Source of the DNA: an uncultured Gemmatimonadales bacterium
GTDB lineage: Bacteria > Gemmatimonadota > Gemmatimonadetes > Gemmatimonadales > GWC2-71-9
DNA length: 64,000 bases
Assembly: GCA_963844445.1 (NCBI GenBank)
Contig: CAWJOB010000002.1
Span: 73,715-137,714 of the forward strand
Direction of reading: 5' to 3'
The number at the start of each line of letters is the position of its first letter. Position 1 is the stretch's first letter. The notes under the pieces were generated by a model. That model searched no databases. It had not been told where the DNA came from and saw only the letters and a list, made by a program, of their open reading frames with translations. Shown piece by piece: positions 21,460 through 31,729 of this stretch. The position numbers and the translations under genes are program-made.

Positions 21460-23916
21460 TCATTGCTCGACGGTGTCGGTGGGAAGGCCGAGCGCGTCGC
21501 GAAGCCCGCGCCACGCCTGTCCGAAGACGGCCCAGTCCCCGCCTTTCAGCGCCGAGTCGGCCCGCTCGAGCCAGCGCCGTGCCTCGTCGAGCCGAGTCGC
21601 CTGCGCGCTCCCGGCGATCGATGGCACTGAGGCGCCCAGCAGGTTGCTCCACGCCTCGCGCAGGGAGCGACCCGCGCCGAGCCTGTCGCCCGGGGCGCCC
21701 AGGCTGACCCAGGAGAGTGACACCGCGCCGCGCTGTCCGCGGGCGAAGTACGACTGGTAGGCGACCGGCCCGCCCGCGCTCAGGTCGAGCCGCACCGGCC
21801 CGGCCTCGAGCTTGCCGCCGTCGTCGCCGATCGAGTCGTTGAGCGCGTCGTACGAGGCGAAATGGCTCCAGCGGCTCTCCAACGCGGTTCGGCTCGGAAG
21901 TGCGGCGGCAGAATCGAAGCGCACCAGCCGGAGCCGGTCCAGGCCGGCGGCGCCCACACCCGTCAGCGCGGCCGTAATGCGCCGCTCGTCTGCCCGCTCG
22001 TAGATCGCCATGCGAACCGGGCCTATCGTGTCGGCACTCCAGGCGAACTCGGCGGCAGGCATCTCCGTGCGGCGCGAGCCCGGCGCGCCGCCGAGACTGC
22101 CGAGCCGCGCATCCCGTTGCTCCAGGAAGCGGGCCTGGATTCCAAACAGCTCCAGAGGGTAGGGCGCGGCGCGGAGGACCGCCTCGGGAATGGCGGAGGA
22201 GGGCTCCACGAGACCGCGCGTCGCGGCCGCCCACGCGGCGGCGAGCCCGTCGATGCCGGGACGCAGGTAGATGCGCGTCGCCCCGGTGGAGGCCTCCACG
22301 GTGGCCAGGAAGCCGGCCTGCAGGGCTCCGACCTCGCGTCCCTGCCATTGCATCCTCGCGCTCAATGGAAAGGTGCGCGGGGCCAAGTAGCCGTCCAGCA
22401 CCCACACCAGCGCGCGGTTGACGATCCGGGGAGCGGGCTCACCCCACCGAGCGAACGGAGCCAGTGACGTCAATCGCTCGGCCGGCGAGAGGCGCCAGTC
22501 CACTCTGGCGCCCGGCGGCATCTGCTGGAGCAGCCCGCCCGCCTGAAGCGCCCACGCGAGGATGACGCGTCGAGGCCACCCGCCGGCCGCGACACCCTTT
22601 CGCTCAGCGGGCTCCACCCGATACAGCGGCGCATCGGGGCGGAAGCCATCAGCCCCGAGATCGAGGTAATCCCCGCGATTGGAACCCGGGGTCGTGTCGT
22701 TCGACGAGTAGAAGAGCGGCTGGCCCCCGCCGCCGACCTGGTCGTCGGCGATCGCGGCGACCGAAGAGCGCCCGTTCGCCGCCGCGCGCACCGCCAGCCA
22801 GACCGGGCGCGGCCGGCCCCGAATGACCAGGATCGTGGGGTCGATCGCGAGCACCTCGATCGAGTCGCCCCCGGCGACGTGGCCGATCATCTCCATGTTC
22901 CACAGCGACGGCACTCTCGGCGGCGCGGCCTCGCCGGTGGCCGTGAATCCGCTCTCGACCAGGGCGTCCAGGCCATAGGCCATGCGATTGAGGCGGTCGA
23001 CCGCCGTGGCGGGCGCGGGCGATTCCCCGTCACCGTCCATCGCCGGCGGCACGATCCAGTGACCGGCCAACGAGGCCAGGGAGAGGACGATCCACCCGGC
23101 GGCGGCGAGCGCGTGCCTGGGCCGGAGCGCCCAGGCCGCCGAGAGTCCCGCGGTGGCGAGTGCCACGCCGACCAGGAGGGGCGACACCAGCGTCGTCGCG
23201 TTCCATGCCGAAAGGTCCACCGCCCGGCCGAGACCGGCGACCAGCTCGTAGGGCTCGAGGACGTAGCCCCACACCAGCGCGAGCGCGAGGCCGGTGAGCA
23301 GCCAGCCGAGATGGGCGCGCGCGTGATCGTTGATCGCCGGCCGGCCTTCGAGCCAGCGCACCGCGCCGACAAGGACGTAGAGCCCGAAGACGATGCCGAG
23401 GGCGAGCACCACGAGAAGAAGGGCGAAGCCGTGGGCCAGCCGCCAGGCGGGGAGCTGGGCCACGTAGAGCCCCGCATCGTGGTGAAGCAACGGGTCCGCC
23501 ACGCCGTAGCTCACGCCCTGCCAGGCGAGCGCCACCTGCTGCCACCGCTCCGCACCTCCGGTACCGACCAGCAGCCCGAGTAGCGCGCCCGATCCGACGG
23601 CGACCGTGAGCAGGACGCCGGGGGTGAGCGCCTCGCGGAACTCGAGGTTGGCCACGTTGCGGCGGACCTGCACCGATCCGACGGCGCGATAGACGATGAG
23701 GAGGTGCCCGATGAACCACGCCGAGGCCAGGAGAAAGCCCGCCAGGTCCAGTGTCAGCCTGAGGATGTGCCAGTCGGTGAGAAAATCGACCGCCGCGGGG
23801 GAGATCTGCGCGGCCCACCAGCGATCGGCCAGGAGCCCCGCCACCCAGCGGCCGGCGAACAGCAGGGCGACGAGTCCGGCGATCGCGGCGATCAACCGGC
23901 GGCCGCGTCGATTCAC
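21460..23916 (-). CDS. UPF0182 family membrane protein (divergent)
   Basis: Multi-TM N-terminal half with DPLLHHDAGLYVAQLP; AYGL; ERL..LAPF...VWVLDGY...FPLS; C-terminal ALKGGDWAVFG. Confidence 0.8.
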   Translation of the reverse strand: MNRRGRRLIAAIAGLVALLFAGRWVAGLLADRWWAAQISPAAVDFLTDWHILRLTLDLAGFLLASAWFIGHLLIVYRAVGSVQVRRNVANLEFREALTPGVLLTVAVGSGALLGLLVGTGGAERWQQVALAWQGVSYGVADPLLHHDAGLYVAQLPAWRLAHGFALLLVVLALGIVFGLYVLVGAVRWLEGRPAINDHARAHLGWLLTGLALALVWGYVLEPYELVAGLGRAVDLSAWNATTLVSPLLVGVALATAGLSAAWALRPRHALAAAGWIVLSLASLAGHWIVPPAMDGDGESPAPATAVDRLNRMAYGLDALVESGFTATGEAAPPRVPSLWNMEMIGHVAGGDSIEVLAIDPTILVIRGRPRPVWLAVRAAANGRSSVAAIADDQVGGGGQPLFYSSNDTTPGSNRGDYLDLGADGFRPDAPLYRVEPAERKGVAAGGWPRRVILAWALQAGGLLQQMPPGARVDWRLSPAERLTSLAPFARWGEPAPRIVNRALVWVLDGYLAPRTFPLSARMQWQGREVGALQAGFLATVEASTGATRIYLRPGIDGLAAAWAAATRGLVEPSSAIPEAVLRAAPYPLELFGIQARFLEQRDARLGSLGGAPGSRRTEMPAAEFAWSADTIGPVRMAIYERADERRITAALTGVGAAGLDRLRLVRFDSAAALPSRTALESRWSHFASYDALNDSIGDDGGKLEAGPVRLDLSAGGPVAYQSYFARGQRGAVSLSWVSLGAPGDRLGAGRSLREAWSNLLGASVPSIAGSAQATRLDEARRWLERADSALKGGDWAVFGQAWRGLRDALGLPTDTVEQ

Positions 23917-23920
23917 AGGG

Positions 23921-25291
23921 CTACGCGCGAACGCCCTGCCCAGCGAGCCAGCCGACGACCTCGCCGCGGTAGGCGTCCAGTGCCGCCGAATCGGTCGCTT
24001 CGAAGCGCAGGACGAGAATCGCCTGGGTGTTCGAGGCGCGGAGCAGGCCCCAGCCCTTGGGAAAGGTGATGCGGACCCCGTCGATGGTGTTGACCGGGTA
24101 TAGGGCGGCGAAGTGTTTCGCGGCCCGCTCGACGATGGCGAACTTCTCCTCCTCCGGGGCGTCCACCCGGATCTCCGGGGTCGCGAAGGTCTTGGGCAGG
24201 TCGGCCAAGTGCACGGCGAGGCCGAAGGGTTTCCGGCTCACGATCTCGAGCAGGCGGGCCGCGGCGAAGATGGCGTCGTCGAAGCCGAGGTAGTCACCGC
24301 CGAAGAACATGTGACCGCTCATCTCGCCGGCGATCGGAGCGTGCAGCTCCTTCATCTTCGCCTTGATGAGCGAATGGCCGGTCTTCCACATCACCGGTTC
24401 CGCGCCGGCTTCCCGGAGCGCCGCGGGGAGGAGCTCCGAGCATTTCACGTCGAAGATGACGGGCGTGCCGGGCCCGAACCGCTTGACGGCGTCACGGCCG
24501 AAAATAATCAGCAGCTGGTCGCCCCAGACGATCTGCCCGGTCTCGTCCACCGCGCCGATCCGGTCGGCGTCGCCGTCGAAGGCGATGCCCAGCTCGGCCC
24601 CGCCCCGTCGAACCGCCTCCTGCAGGTCCTCGAGGTTCTCCGGGACGGTGGGATCTGGGTGGTGATTCGGAAAGGTCCCGTCGGACTCACAGAAGAGCGG
24701 CGTGACCTCGGCACCGAGCGCCTGGAGCGTGGAGATGGCGATGACGCTGCCGACGCCGTTCCCGCAGTCGGCCACCACCTTCACCCGTCGCTCGAGCTTG
24801 TGGCGTCCAACGATTCCCTCGCGGTAGCGTCCCAGCACCGAGTTGTCGGTGGTCTCCTTCCCCGCCCCGCTCCGCCAGCGCTCGGCGGCGATGATCTCCC
24901 AGAGGCCGAGAATATCGTCCCCGTGAAACGCATCTCCGGCGAGAACCATCTTGAAGCCGTTGAACTCGGGAGGATTGTGGGACCCGGTGACTTGAACCCC
25001 GCCGTCGGTTCCGAGCGCCGACACGGCGAAGTAAAGCGCCGGCGTCGGCAGCGTCCCGACGTCCACGGCCGTGCCGCCGGCATCGGCGATACCGAGACGG
25101 ACTCCCTGGGAGAGCCCCGGGCCCGATGGTCGGTTGTCGCGGCCCACCGCGAGCACCGGCGCGCGCCCGATGCGCTCCCAGGCGACGCTGGCGAAGGCGC
25201 GCCCCAGCGCCCGGGCGAACTCCGGAGTCAGCTCGGCGTCCACGAGCCCGCGCACGTCGTATTGGCGGAAGATGGACTTGGGGACGTTCAT
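23921..25291 (-). CDS. Phosphomannomutase/phosphoglucomutase
   Basis: IFRQYDVRG, TGSHNP phosphoserine loop, FDGDADR, GEMSGH, RASNT; ATGA overlap with nuoN. Confidence 0.95.
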   Translation of the reverse strand: MNVPKSIFRQYDVRGLVDAELTPEFARALGRAFASVAWERIGRAPVLAVGRDNRPSGPGLSQGVRLGIADAGGTAVDVGTLPTPALYFAVSALGTDGGVQVTGSHNPPEFNGFKMVLAGDAFHGDDILGLWEIIAAERWRSGAGKETTDNSVLGRYREGIVGRHKLERRVKVVADCGNGVGSVIAISTLQALGAEVTPLFCESDGTFPNHHPDPTVPENLEDLQEAVRRGGAELGIAFDGDADRIGAVDETGQIVWGDQLLIIFGRDAVKRFGPGTPVIFDVKCSELLPAALREAGAEPVMWKTGHSLIKAKMKELHAPIAGEMSGHMFFGGDYLGFDDAIFAAARLLEIVSRKPFGLAVHLADLPKTFATPEIRVDAPEEEKFAIVERAAKHFAALYPVNTIDGVRITFPKGWGLLRASNTQAILVLRFEATDSAALDAYRGEVVGWLAGQGVRA

Positions 25292-26796
25292 GGGCCTTGA
25301 CCTGCGATCGGCAACGCGGTCTGGGTGAGCGTCCCGGCACTCGAGCCGGCCAGATCCAGAAGGCCGCTCGGCCAGAGGCCGAAGAGCAGGACGGCTGCGA
25401 CCGAGACGCCGATCGCCGCCGCCGCCGTCTTGCTGAGTCCGACCCCGGCGTGACGGTCCGCGGTGGGCGAGGGCCGCATGTACATGGCCATGATGACCGG
25501 GAGATAGTAGCCGGCCGAGAGCACGCTGGTGAGCACCAGGATTACCGGGAGGATCAGGTGCCCTTCGGCCACGGCCGCCGTCAGAATGTACCACTTGCCG
25601 ATGAAGCCGACGGTGCCGGGAAACCCGAGCAGGGAGAGCATGCAGACGCTGAGCCCGAAGGCGATGGCAGGACGGGTGGCCGCGAGTCCCGCGATGTCGT
25701 CATACGTGACGTCCCGCTCGCCGCCGCGGCCCAGCGCGGACAGGAACCCGAAGCTCGCCAGCGTGGTGAGACCGTACGCCAGGAGGTACAGGAGCACGGC
25801 GCCGGCGCCGGGCTGCGTGCCGGTCCAGACCGCAACGAGCATGTAGCCCGCATGGGCGATCGAGCTGTACGCCAGCATTCGCTTGAGCGACGGCTGGGCC
25901 AGGGCGACCAGGTTGCCCAGCACCATGGACGCGATCGCCAGCCCGGCGACGACCGGCTGCCAGAGGCCCTGCGCCGAAGGAAATGCCTCCATGAGGAGCC
26001 GCACCAGCGCCGCGAACGCGGCCGCCTTCACGCCGGTGGCCATGAACCCGCTGACCGGCGTGGGGGAGCCGTCGTACACGTCGGGAGCCCACATGTGGAA
26101 CGGCACCGCCGAGATCTTGAACCCCATGCCGATGAGGAGCAGCCCGAGGCCGAGCGCCGCCATCAGGGGAAGCGGCCGTCCGGCGAGCTGGGCGCCGATC
26201 AGCGACAGATTGGTGGTTCCGGTCGTGCCGTACACCAGCGCGATGCCGTACAGCAGGAACCCGGAGGCGAAGGCGCCGATGAGGAAGTACTTGAGCGCCG
26301 CCTCGGAGGAGAATGGATCGGTCCGGTTGTACCCGGCGAGAACGTAGACCGCAACCGACATCACCTCGAGCCCGAGGAACAGCACGATCAGGTCTTCCGC
26401 CCCGGCCAGGAACATCATGCCGGCCGTGGCGAGGAGGAGGAGCGGGTAGTATTCCGGTGCGATCAGCCGTTCCCGCTCGAGATATCCCAGCGAGATCAGG
26501 ATGGTGCCCGCCGCCGCCAACAGCCCGATCGCGGAGGCGCCGTAGCGGAAGGGGTCGAGTGCCACCATATGGGGCAGCCCCTCAGGTGTGGCGCCGGTGA
26601 CCCAGAGCGCTGCCAAGCCCGCCCCACTCACCAGAAGCCCCACGAGTCCGAGCCACCCGGCCAAGCGGCTGTCCTGGTCGGTTTGGTGTCGCCAGCTCAC
26701 CACCAGCAGAACGATGAGCGCCCAAGTGGACAGCAGGATCTCCGGGAGCAGGGCGATGGCGACGCCCAGCGGCGACCCCAGGTCGATTCGGTTCAT
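25288..26796 (-). CDS. nuoN: NADH-quinone oxidoreductase subunit N
   Basis: EAALKYF, FKISAVPFHMWAPDVYDGSPTP, KRMLAYSSIAHAGY. Confidence 0.96.
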   Translation of the reverse strand: MNRIDLGSPLGVAIALLPEILLSTWALIVLLVVSWRHQTDQDSRLAGWLGLVGLLVSGAGLAALWVTGATPEGLPHMVALDPFRYGASAIGLLAAAGTILISLGYLERERLIAPEYYPLLLLATAGMMFLAGAEDLIVLFLGLEVMSVAVYVLAGYNRTDPFSSEAALKYFLIGAFASGFLLYGIALVYGTTGTTNLSLIGAQLAGRPLPLMAALGLGLLLIGMGFKISAVPFHMWAPDVYDGSPTPVSGFMATGVKAAAFAALVRLLMEAFPSAQGLWQPVVAGLAIASMVLGNLVALAQPSLKRMLAYSSIAHAGYMLVAVWTGTQPGAGAVLLYLLAYGLTTLASFGFLSALGRGGERDVTYDDIAGLAATRPAIAFGLSVCMLSLLGFPGTVGFIGKWYILTAAVAEGHLILPVILVLTSVLSAGYYLPVIMAMYMRPSPTADRHAGVGLSKTAAAAIGVSVAAVLLFGLWPSGLLDLAGSSAGTLTQTALPIAGQGP

Positions 26797-28355
26797 GGCC
26801 GCACCTGGATCGCCGAACCCCGCACCGCCACCGGCGAGGTCGCCCGGGCCGGCTGGGTCACCTGGAGGTAGCGCTTGGCCGCCGGCTCCATCCGGCGCAG
26901 CACCGGTTGGGGATACAGTCCCAGCCAGACGATGCCGATCAGGATCGGGATCATCATGCCGATCTCGCGCGCGTTCAGGTCGGTCAGGCGCTCGTTGTCC
27001 GGCTTGTCCAGGCGGTTGTAGATCATCCGCTGCAAGGCCCAGAGGAGGTAGGCCGCCGCGAAGATGACGCCGGTGGTGGCGAACACGGTGGCCAGCGGAA
27101 ACGCGGCGAAGCTGCCCAGGAGCACCAGAAACTCACCCACGAACCCGTTGAGGCCCGGGAGCCCGATGGAGGAGAACACCACCACCGTGAAGATCAGGCT
27201 GAACACCGGCACCACGCGCGCAATGCCGCCGTAGTCGGCGATCAGGCGGGTATGGCGGCGCTCGTAGATCATCCCGATGAGCAGGAAGAGGGCCCCGGTG
27301 GAGAATCCGTGGCTGATCATGATCATCAGCGCGCCCTGCACGCTCTGCAGGGTGCCCCCCCAGATCCCCAGCATCACGAACCCCAGATGACTCACGGAGG
27401 AGTAGGCGACCAGCTTCTTGATGTCCGGCTGCACCATGGCCACCAGGGCGCCGTAGATGATCCCGATCACGGCGAGCACCACGACGAGGCGGCTCACCGC
27501 CGGACTCAGGGCGACCTGGGGGAAGAACGGCACGGCGAACCGGAGGAACCCGTAGGTTCCGATCTTGAGCATCACCGACGCCAGCAGGACGCTGCCCGCG
27601 GTCGGTGCCTCGACGTGGGCGTCCGGGAGCCAGGTGTGGAACGGAAAGATCGGCACCTTGATGGCGAACGCGATGGCGAACGCGGCAAAGAGCCAGGGCG
27701 CGAGCGGGCCGGCGGCGCCGGCGTGCTGGAGCACGTACTCGTACGAAAAGGAGGTGTACCCGGTGGACGCCTGGATTCGCCATACCAGTGCGACGATGGC
27801 CACGAGCATCAGCAGCGAGCCCGCCATCGTGTAGATGAAGAACTTGATCGCGGCATAGAGGCGGTTTGGCCCGCCCCAGATCCCGATGATGAAGTACATC
27901 GGGATCAGCATCACCTCGAAGAAGATGTAGAAGACGAAGAGGTCGAGGGCGAGGAACACCCCGACGAGACCCGTCAACAGGGTCAGCATCATCGCGTAGA
28001 AGCCACGCTCCTGCTTGGTGATGTAGTGCCAGCTCCCGAGCACGCTGATCGGCATCAACAGGGTGGTCAGCAGGACCATCATCAGGGAGATCCCGTCGAT
28101 GCCCACGCGGTAGCTGATGCCCCAATCCGGGATCCAGGGCGTGTTGGAGACCAGTTGCAGCGCGCCCCGCCCGGGATCGAGCGCCCACCAGAGTCCGAGC
28201 GACAGCACCAGCTCGAGCGTGGTCACGATCAGCGCGGTCCACTTGGCCGACGACTCCGGGCCCAGGAGCACCGGAACCACCCCGACGAGGGGAAGGATGA
28301 CCAGGGCATGGAGAATCCACTGCCCGTACCCGATCGAGTCGAGGAGCTCGGTCAT
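26793..28355 (-). CDS. nuoM: NADH-quinone oxidoreductase subunit M
   Basis: GIDGIS, FFEVMLIPM, KVPIFPFHTWLPDAHVEAPT, LVAYSSVSH, GFVGEF. Confidence 0.96.
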   Translation of the reverse strand: MTELLDSIGYGQWILHALVILPLVGVVPVLLGPESSAKWTALIVTTLELVLSLGLWWALDPGRGALQLVSNTPWIPDWGISYRVGIDGISLMMVLLTTLLMPISVLGSWHYITKQERGFYAMMLTLLTGLVGVFLALDLFVFYIFFEVMLIPMYFIIGIWGGPNRLYAAIKFFIYTMAGSLLMLVAIVALVWRIQASTGYTSFSYEYVLQHAGAAGPLAPWLFAAFAIAFAIKVPIFPFHTWLPDAHVEAPTAGSVLLASVMLKIGTYGFLRFAVPFFPQVALSPAVSRLVVVLAVIGIIYGALVAMVQPDIKKLVAYSSVSHLGFVMLGIWGGTLQSVQGALMIMISHGFSTGALFLLIGMIYERRHTRLIADYGGIARVVPVFSLIFTVVVFSSIGLPGLNGFVGEFLVLLGSFAAFPLATVFATTGVIFAAAYLLWALQRMIYNRLDKPDNERLTDLNAREIGMMIPILIGIVWLGLYPQPVLRRMEPAAKRYLQVTQPARATSPVAVRGSAIQVRP

Positions 28356-28362
28356 CGCGCGA

Positions 28363-30336
28363 TCACCGGATCACGGCGCGCAGGATCCAGAGCGCGCCCA
28401 CGAGGAAGAGGACGACGTACACTCCAACCTGTCCCGTCTGCAGCCGGCTCCCCACCGAACCGAGAAAGCGTGAAAACCAGGCGGTGCCGTTCACGGCGGC
28501 GCCGTCGACCAGTCCCTGGTCGACGCCCTTCCAGAGCACGACCCGGGAGAGCCAGACGAACGGCTGCACGATGGCCGCGTCGTAGATCTCGTCCACGTAC
28601 CATTTCCGGTTGAGCACCAGGGCCAGGCCGGTGTCCGCGGGCGCCTCGCGGGCGGGTGGGATCCGGCGGGCAAGCGTGGCCCGGTAGCCCAACAGCAGAC
28701 CGACCGCGCCGACGAGGATGGCGCCGCCTACCAGGAGGAGCTCGGTCCGGCCGTGGGGCAACTCCACCCGAGCGAACGCGGCTCCCGCGGCGGTCACGGG
28801 CTCGAGCCACGACTCCAGGGCATGGTGGCCGCCCGCGAAGGTCGGGAGGTTGATCACGCCGCCGATCGCCGAGAGCAAGCCGAGCACCAGAAGCGGCCCG
28901 GTCATGCTCCAGGGCGCCTCGTGCAGGTGGGTCCGTTCCTGCGCCCCGGTCCGGTTCTCGCCGAGGAAAGTCATGACGATGAGCCGGGCCATGTAGAACG
29001 CGGTGAGGAACGCGGCGATGACGCCGAAGGCATAGTAGAGGTAGAAGATCGGTGTCTCCGCCCCCCGGGCGAACGCGGAGGCCAGGATCTCGTCCTTGGA
29101 GAAGAAGCCCGAGAACGGCGGGATGCCGGCGATGGCGAGGGTCGCGATGGTCATGAGCCAGAACGTCACCGGCAACTGCTGCCGGAGCCCGCCCATGTTG
29201 CGCATGTCCTGCGCGTCCTCGTGCGAGTGAGTCGCGTGATACGCGTGATGCATGGCGTGGATCACGCTCCCCGCCCCGAGGAAGAGCAGCGCCTTGAAGA
29301 ACGCATGAGTCACCAGGTGAAAGATCCCCCCGGCGAACGCGGCCGATCCCACGGCGAGGAACATGTAGCCCAGCTGGGAGACCGTGGAATAGGCCAGCAC
29401 CTTCTTGATGTCGTATTGGCGGAGCGCGATCGTGGCGGCGAACAACGCGGTCACCGCGCCGATGCCGGCGACGACGGCGCTGGACACCGGCGCCATCGCG
29501 AAGAGCACGTTGGTCCGGGCCACCAGGTAGACGCCGGCGGTGACCATCGTCGCCGCGTGGATCAGCGCGGAGACCGGGGTCGGGCCGGCCATCGCGTCCG
29601 GCAGCCAGGTGTAAAGCGGGATCTGGGCGGACTTGCCGGTGCAGCCCAGGAAGATGAACAGGGTGATCAGGGTGACGATCGCGCCGCCCGCCTCGAGCCT
29701 GCCCGGGGCGCGTGCGGCGATCTCGGCGAAGTCGAGCGTGCCCAGCTCGCGCCAGAGAAAGAACATGGCGACCAGCACGCCGAAGTCGCCGATCCGGTTC
29801 ATGATGAAGGCCTTCTTCCCGGCATCGGCGTTGGCCTCCTCGGTGAACCAGAACCCGATGAGAAGGTAGGAGCAGAGCCCCACGCCCTCCCAGCCGATGA
29901 AGAGCACCGGGAAGCTCGATCCGAGGACCAGCAGCAGCATGAACACGACGAAGAGGTTGAGATACGAGAAGTAGCGGGCGTAGCCCGGGTCCTCCTTCAT
30001 GTAGCCCACGCTGAAGATGTGGATGAGGCTCCCGACGCCGGTCACCACCAGCAGCATGACGACCGAGAGCTGGTCCACCTGGAAGGCCAGCTCGATGTCG
30101 AGCGTTCCGACGGGCATCCACGACCACAGGCTCACGATCACCGGCTCGTGCGGCGGGTGCCCGACGAGTCCGGCGAAGACGCCGAGCGACACCCCGAAGG
30201 CCGCGAGCAGCACACCCGGCCCCACGATCGAGACGGCCCGGGTGGCCGGCGCTCGGCGGAGGGCGAGGGCTCCGTTGACGAGGAACCCTGCCAGCGGGAA
30301 CGCCACGGCGAGCCAGACCCACTGGGAAGCGATCAT
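28363..30336 (-). CDS. nuoL: NADH-quinone oxidoreductase subunit L
   Basis: GWEGVGLCSY, NRIGD, GKSAQIPLYTWLPDAMAGPTPVSALIHAATMV, HAFFKALLF. Confidence 0.96.
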   Translation of the reverse strand: MIASQWVWLAVAFPLAGFLVNGALALRRAPATRAVSIVGPGVLLAAFGVSLGVFAGLVGHPPHEPVIVSLWSWMPVGTLDIELAFQVDQLSVVMLLVVTGVGSLIHIFSVGYMKEDPGYARYFSYLNLFVVFMLLLVLGSSFPVLFIGWEGVGLCSYLLIGFWFTEEANADAGKKAFIMNRIGDFGVLVAMFFLWRELGTLDFAEIAARAPGRLEAGGAIVTLITLFIFLGCTGKSAQIPLYTWLPDAMAGPTPVSALIHAATMVTAGVYLVARTNVLFAMAPVSSAVVAGIGAVTALFAATIALRQYDIKKVLAYSTVSQLGYMFLAVGSAAFAGGIFHLVTHAFFKALLFLGAGSVIHAMHHAYHATHSHEDAQDMRNMGGLRQQLPVTFWLMTIATLAIAGIPPFSGFFSKDEILASAFARGAETPIFYLYYAFGVIAAFLTAFYMARLIVMTFLGENRTGAQERTHLHEAPWSMTGPLLVLGLLSAIGGVINLPTFAGGHHALESWLEPVTAAGAAFARVELPHGRTELLLVGGAILVGAVGLLLGYRATLARRIPPAREAPADTGLALVLNRKWYVDEIYDAAIVQPFVWLSRVVLWKGVDQGLVDGAAVNGTAWFSRFLGSVGSRLQTGQVGVYVVLFLVGALWILRAVIR

Positions 30337-30647
30337 CAGCCCCGAAGCAGATTGATGTTCTGGAGGTCCACCGACTGCTGGTGCCGGAAGATGGCGAGAA
30401 TGATGGCGAGCCCCACCGCCGCCTCCGCGGCCGCGACGGTCATCACGAAGAAGACCATCACCTGACCGCCGGCCCCGTGGAGCTGGGCCAGCGCTACGAA
30501 GGTGAGGTTCACCGCGTTCAGCATCAGCTCGATGCAGACGAAGAGCACGATCACGTTGCGCCGCAGCAGAACCCCGGCGACGCCCAGGCTGAAGAGAATG
30601 GCCGAGAGCCCGAGTGCGGGGCCCAGCAGGACCGAGCCGTCGGACAT
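30336..30647 (-). CDS. nuoK: NADH-quinone oxidoreductase subunit K
   Basis: [23 protein letters not shown]. Confidence 0.95.
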   Translation of the reverse strand: MSDGSVLLGPALGLSAILFSLGVAGVLLRRNVIVLFVCIELMLNAVNLTFVALAQLHGAGGQVMVFFVMTVAAAEAAVGLAIILAIFRHQQSVDLQNINLLRG

Positions 30648-31204
30648 CAGATCCTCCGCTTGGCCAGCACCACGGCGCCGACGATGGCCGCGAGGAGCAG
30701 GATGGAGGTGATCTCGAAGGGCACCAGGTAGACCTGGAAGAGCGGCGCGGCCACCGCGCCCACCACTCCCCGCGCGACCGCCTCCTGCCGCGCGAGCTGC
30801 CCGGCGGCGAAGAGGGTGGCGGGATCACTGAACTGCGGGGACTGCGCCACCTCGCTTGCGAGACGGGCCGGGGTGTAGCGCCACAAGGCGAAGAGCTGGA
30901 TGGCGAGCAACCCCGCGATGACGATCGTCGTGGCCATCCCGGCGGGGCCCCGCATGTCAGTCGTCGGGTGGCCAAGGTTCAGCAGCATGACGACGAAGAG
31001 AAAGAGCACCATCACCGCGCCGGCGTAAACCAGCACCTGGATGGCGGCGACGAATTCGGCACTCAGCAGGACGTAGAGCGCCGCCAGCGAGAGCATCGTC
31101 ATGGTGAGCCAGAGGACGGCGGACATGGCGCTGCGGGACAGGATGCAGAGCGAGGCCGTCACCACCGCCACCGCCGCGAATACGTAGAAGACCGCTTCGG
31201 TCAT
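30647..31204 (-). CDS. nuoJ: NADH-quinone oxidoreductase subunit J
   Basis: [36 protein letters not shown]. Confidence 0.95.
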   Translation of the reverse strand: MTEAVFYVFAAVAVVTASLCILSRSAMSAVLWLTMTMLSLAALYVLLSAEFVAAIQVLVYAGAVMVLFLFVVMLLNLGHPTTDMRGPAGMATTIVIAGLLAIQLFALWRYTPARLASEVAQSPQFSDPATLFAAGQLARQEAVARGVVGAVAAPLFQVYLVPFEITSILLLAAIVGAVVLAKRRI

Positions 31205-31729
31205 CTACTCACCCTCGGGGTCCGACGGGTCCCAGAGCGTCGACACGGCGTGGGTCTGCGACTGGAGTCGCTCCAGATCGTAGACGAACCGGCCACGGCT
31301 GTACTCCGAGTTCTCGAAGTGGGCGCCGACGTGGATCGCCTCCTCGGGGCAGACCTCCTGGCAGTAGCCGCAGAAGATGCAGCGGAACTCGTCGATCTCG
31401 TAGATCAGCGGGTAGCGGTTCCCCTGCTCGTCCTCCCCCGGCACCAGCTTGATGCAGTTGGCGGGGCAGATCTGGGGGCACAACCCGCAGGCCACGCACT
31501 TCGAGCGCCCCTGCTCGTCGGTGAGCATCCGGTGGGTGCCGCGCCAGCGGGGCGACAGCGAGTACGTGCCCATCCCGTGGTCCTGGTCGGTGCTCTTCTG
31601 CTCCGGGTACTGCATCGTCACCTTCTTCTCCAGCATGTGCTTGAAGGTGAGCGCCATCCCCTTGAGTGTGGCCCGGACGTAACTGACCTGCCGGTCCGGG
31701 CGCTTCATGACCTTCACGCCGATCGCCAT
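31205..31729 (-). CDS. nuoI: NADH-quinone oxidoreductase subunit I
   Basis: Two CxxCxxCxxxCP motifs; TMQYPE. Confidence 0.96.
   Translation of the reverse strand: MAIGVKVMKRPDRQVSYVRATLKGMALTFKHMLEKKVTMQYPEQKSTDQDHGMGTYSLSPRWRGTHRMLTDEQGRSKCVACGLCPQICPANCIKLVPGEDEQGNRYPLIYEIDEFRCIFCGYCQEVCPEEAIHVGAHFENSEYSRGRFVYDLERLQSQTHAVSTLWDPSDPEGE

Noticed and set aside
28363..30975. Apparent N-terminal extensions or fusions in the ORF track (nuoL, nuoD, nuoF, sucD, fabD, sdhA, sdhB)
   Set aside because: Extensions overlap upstream genes in another frame; internal starts, mostly at stop-start overlaps, match family N-termini
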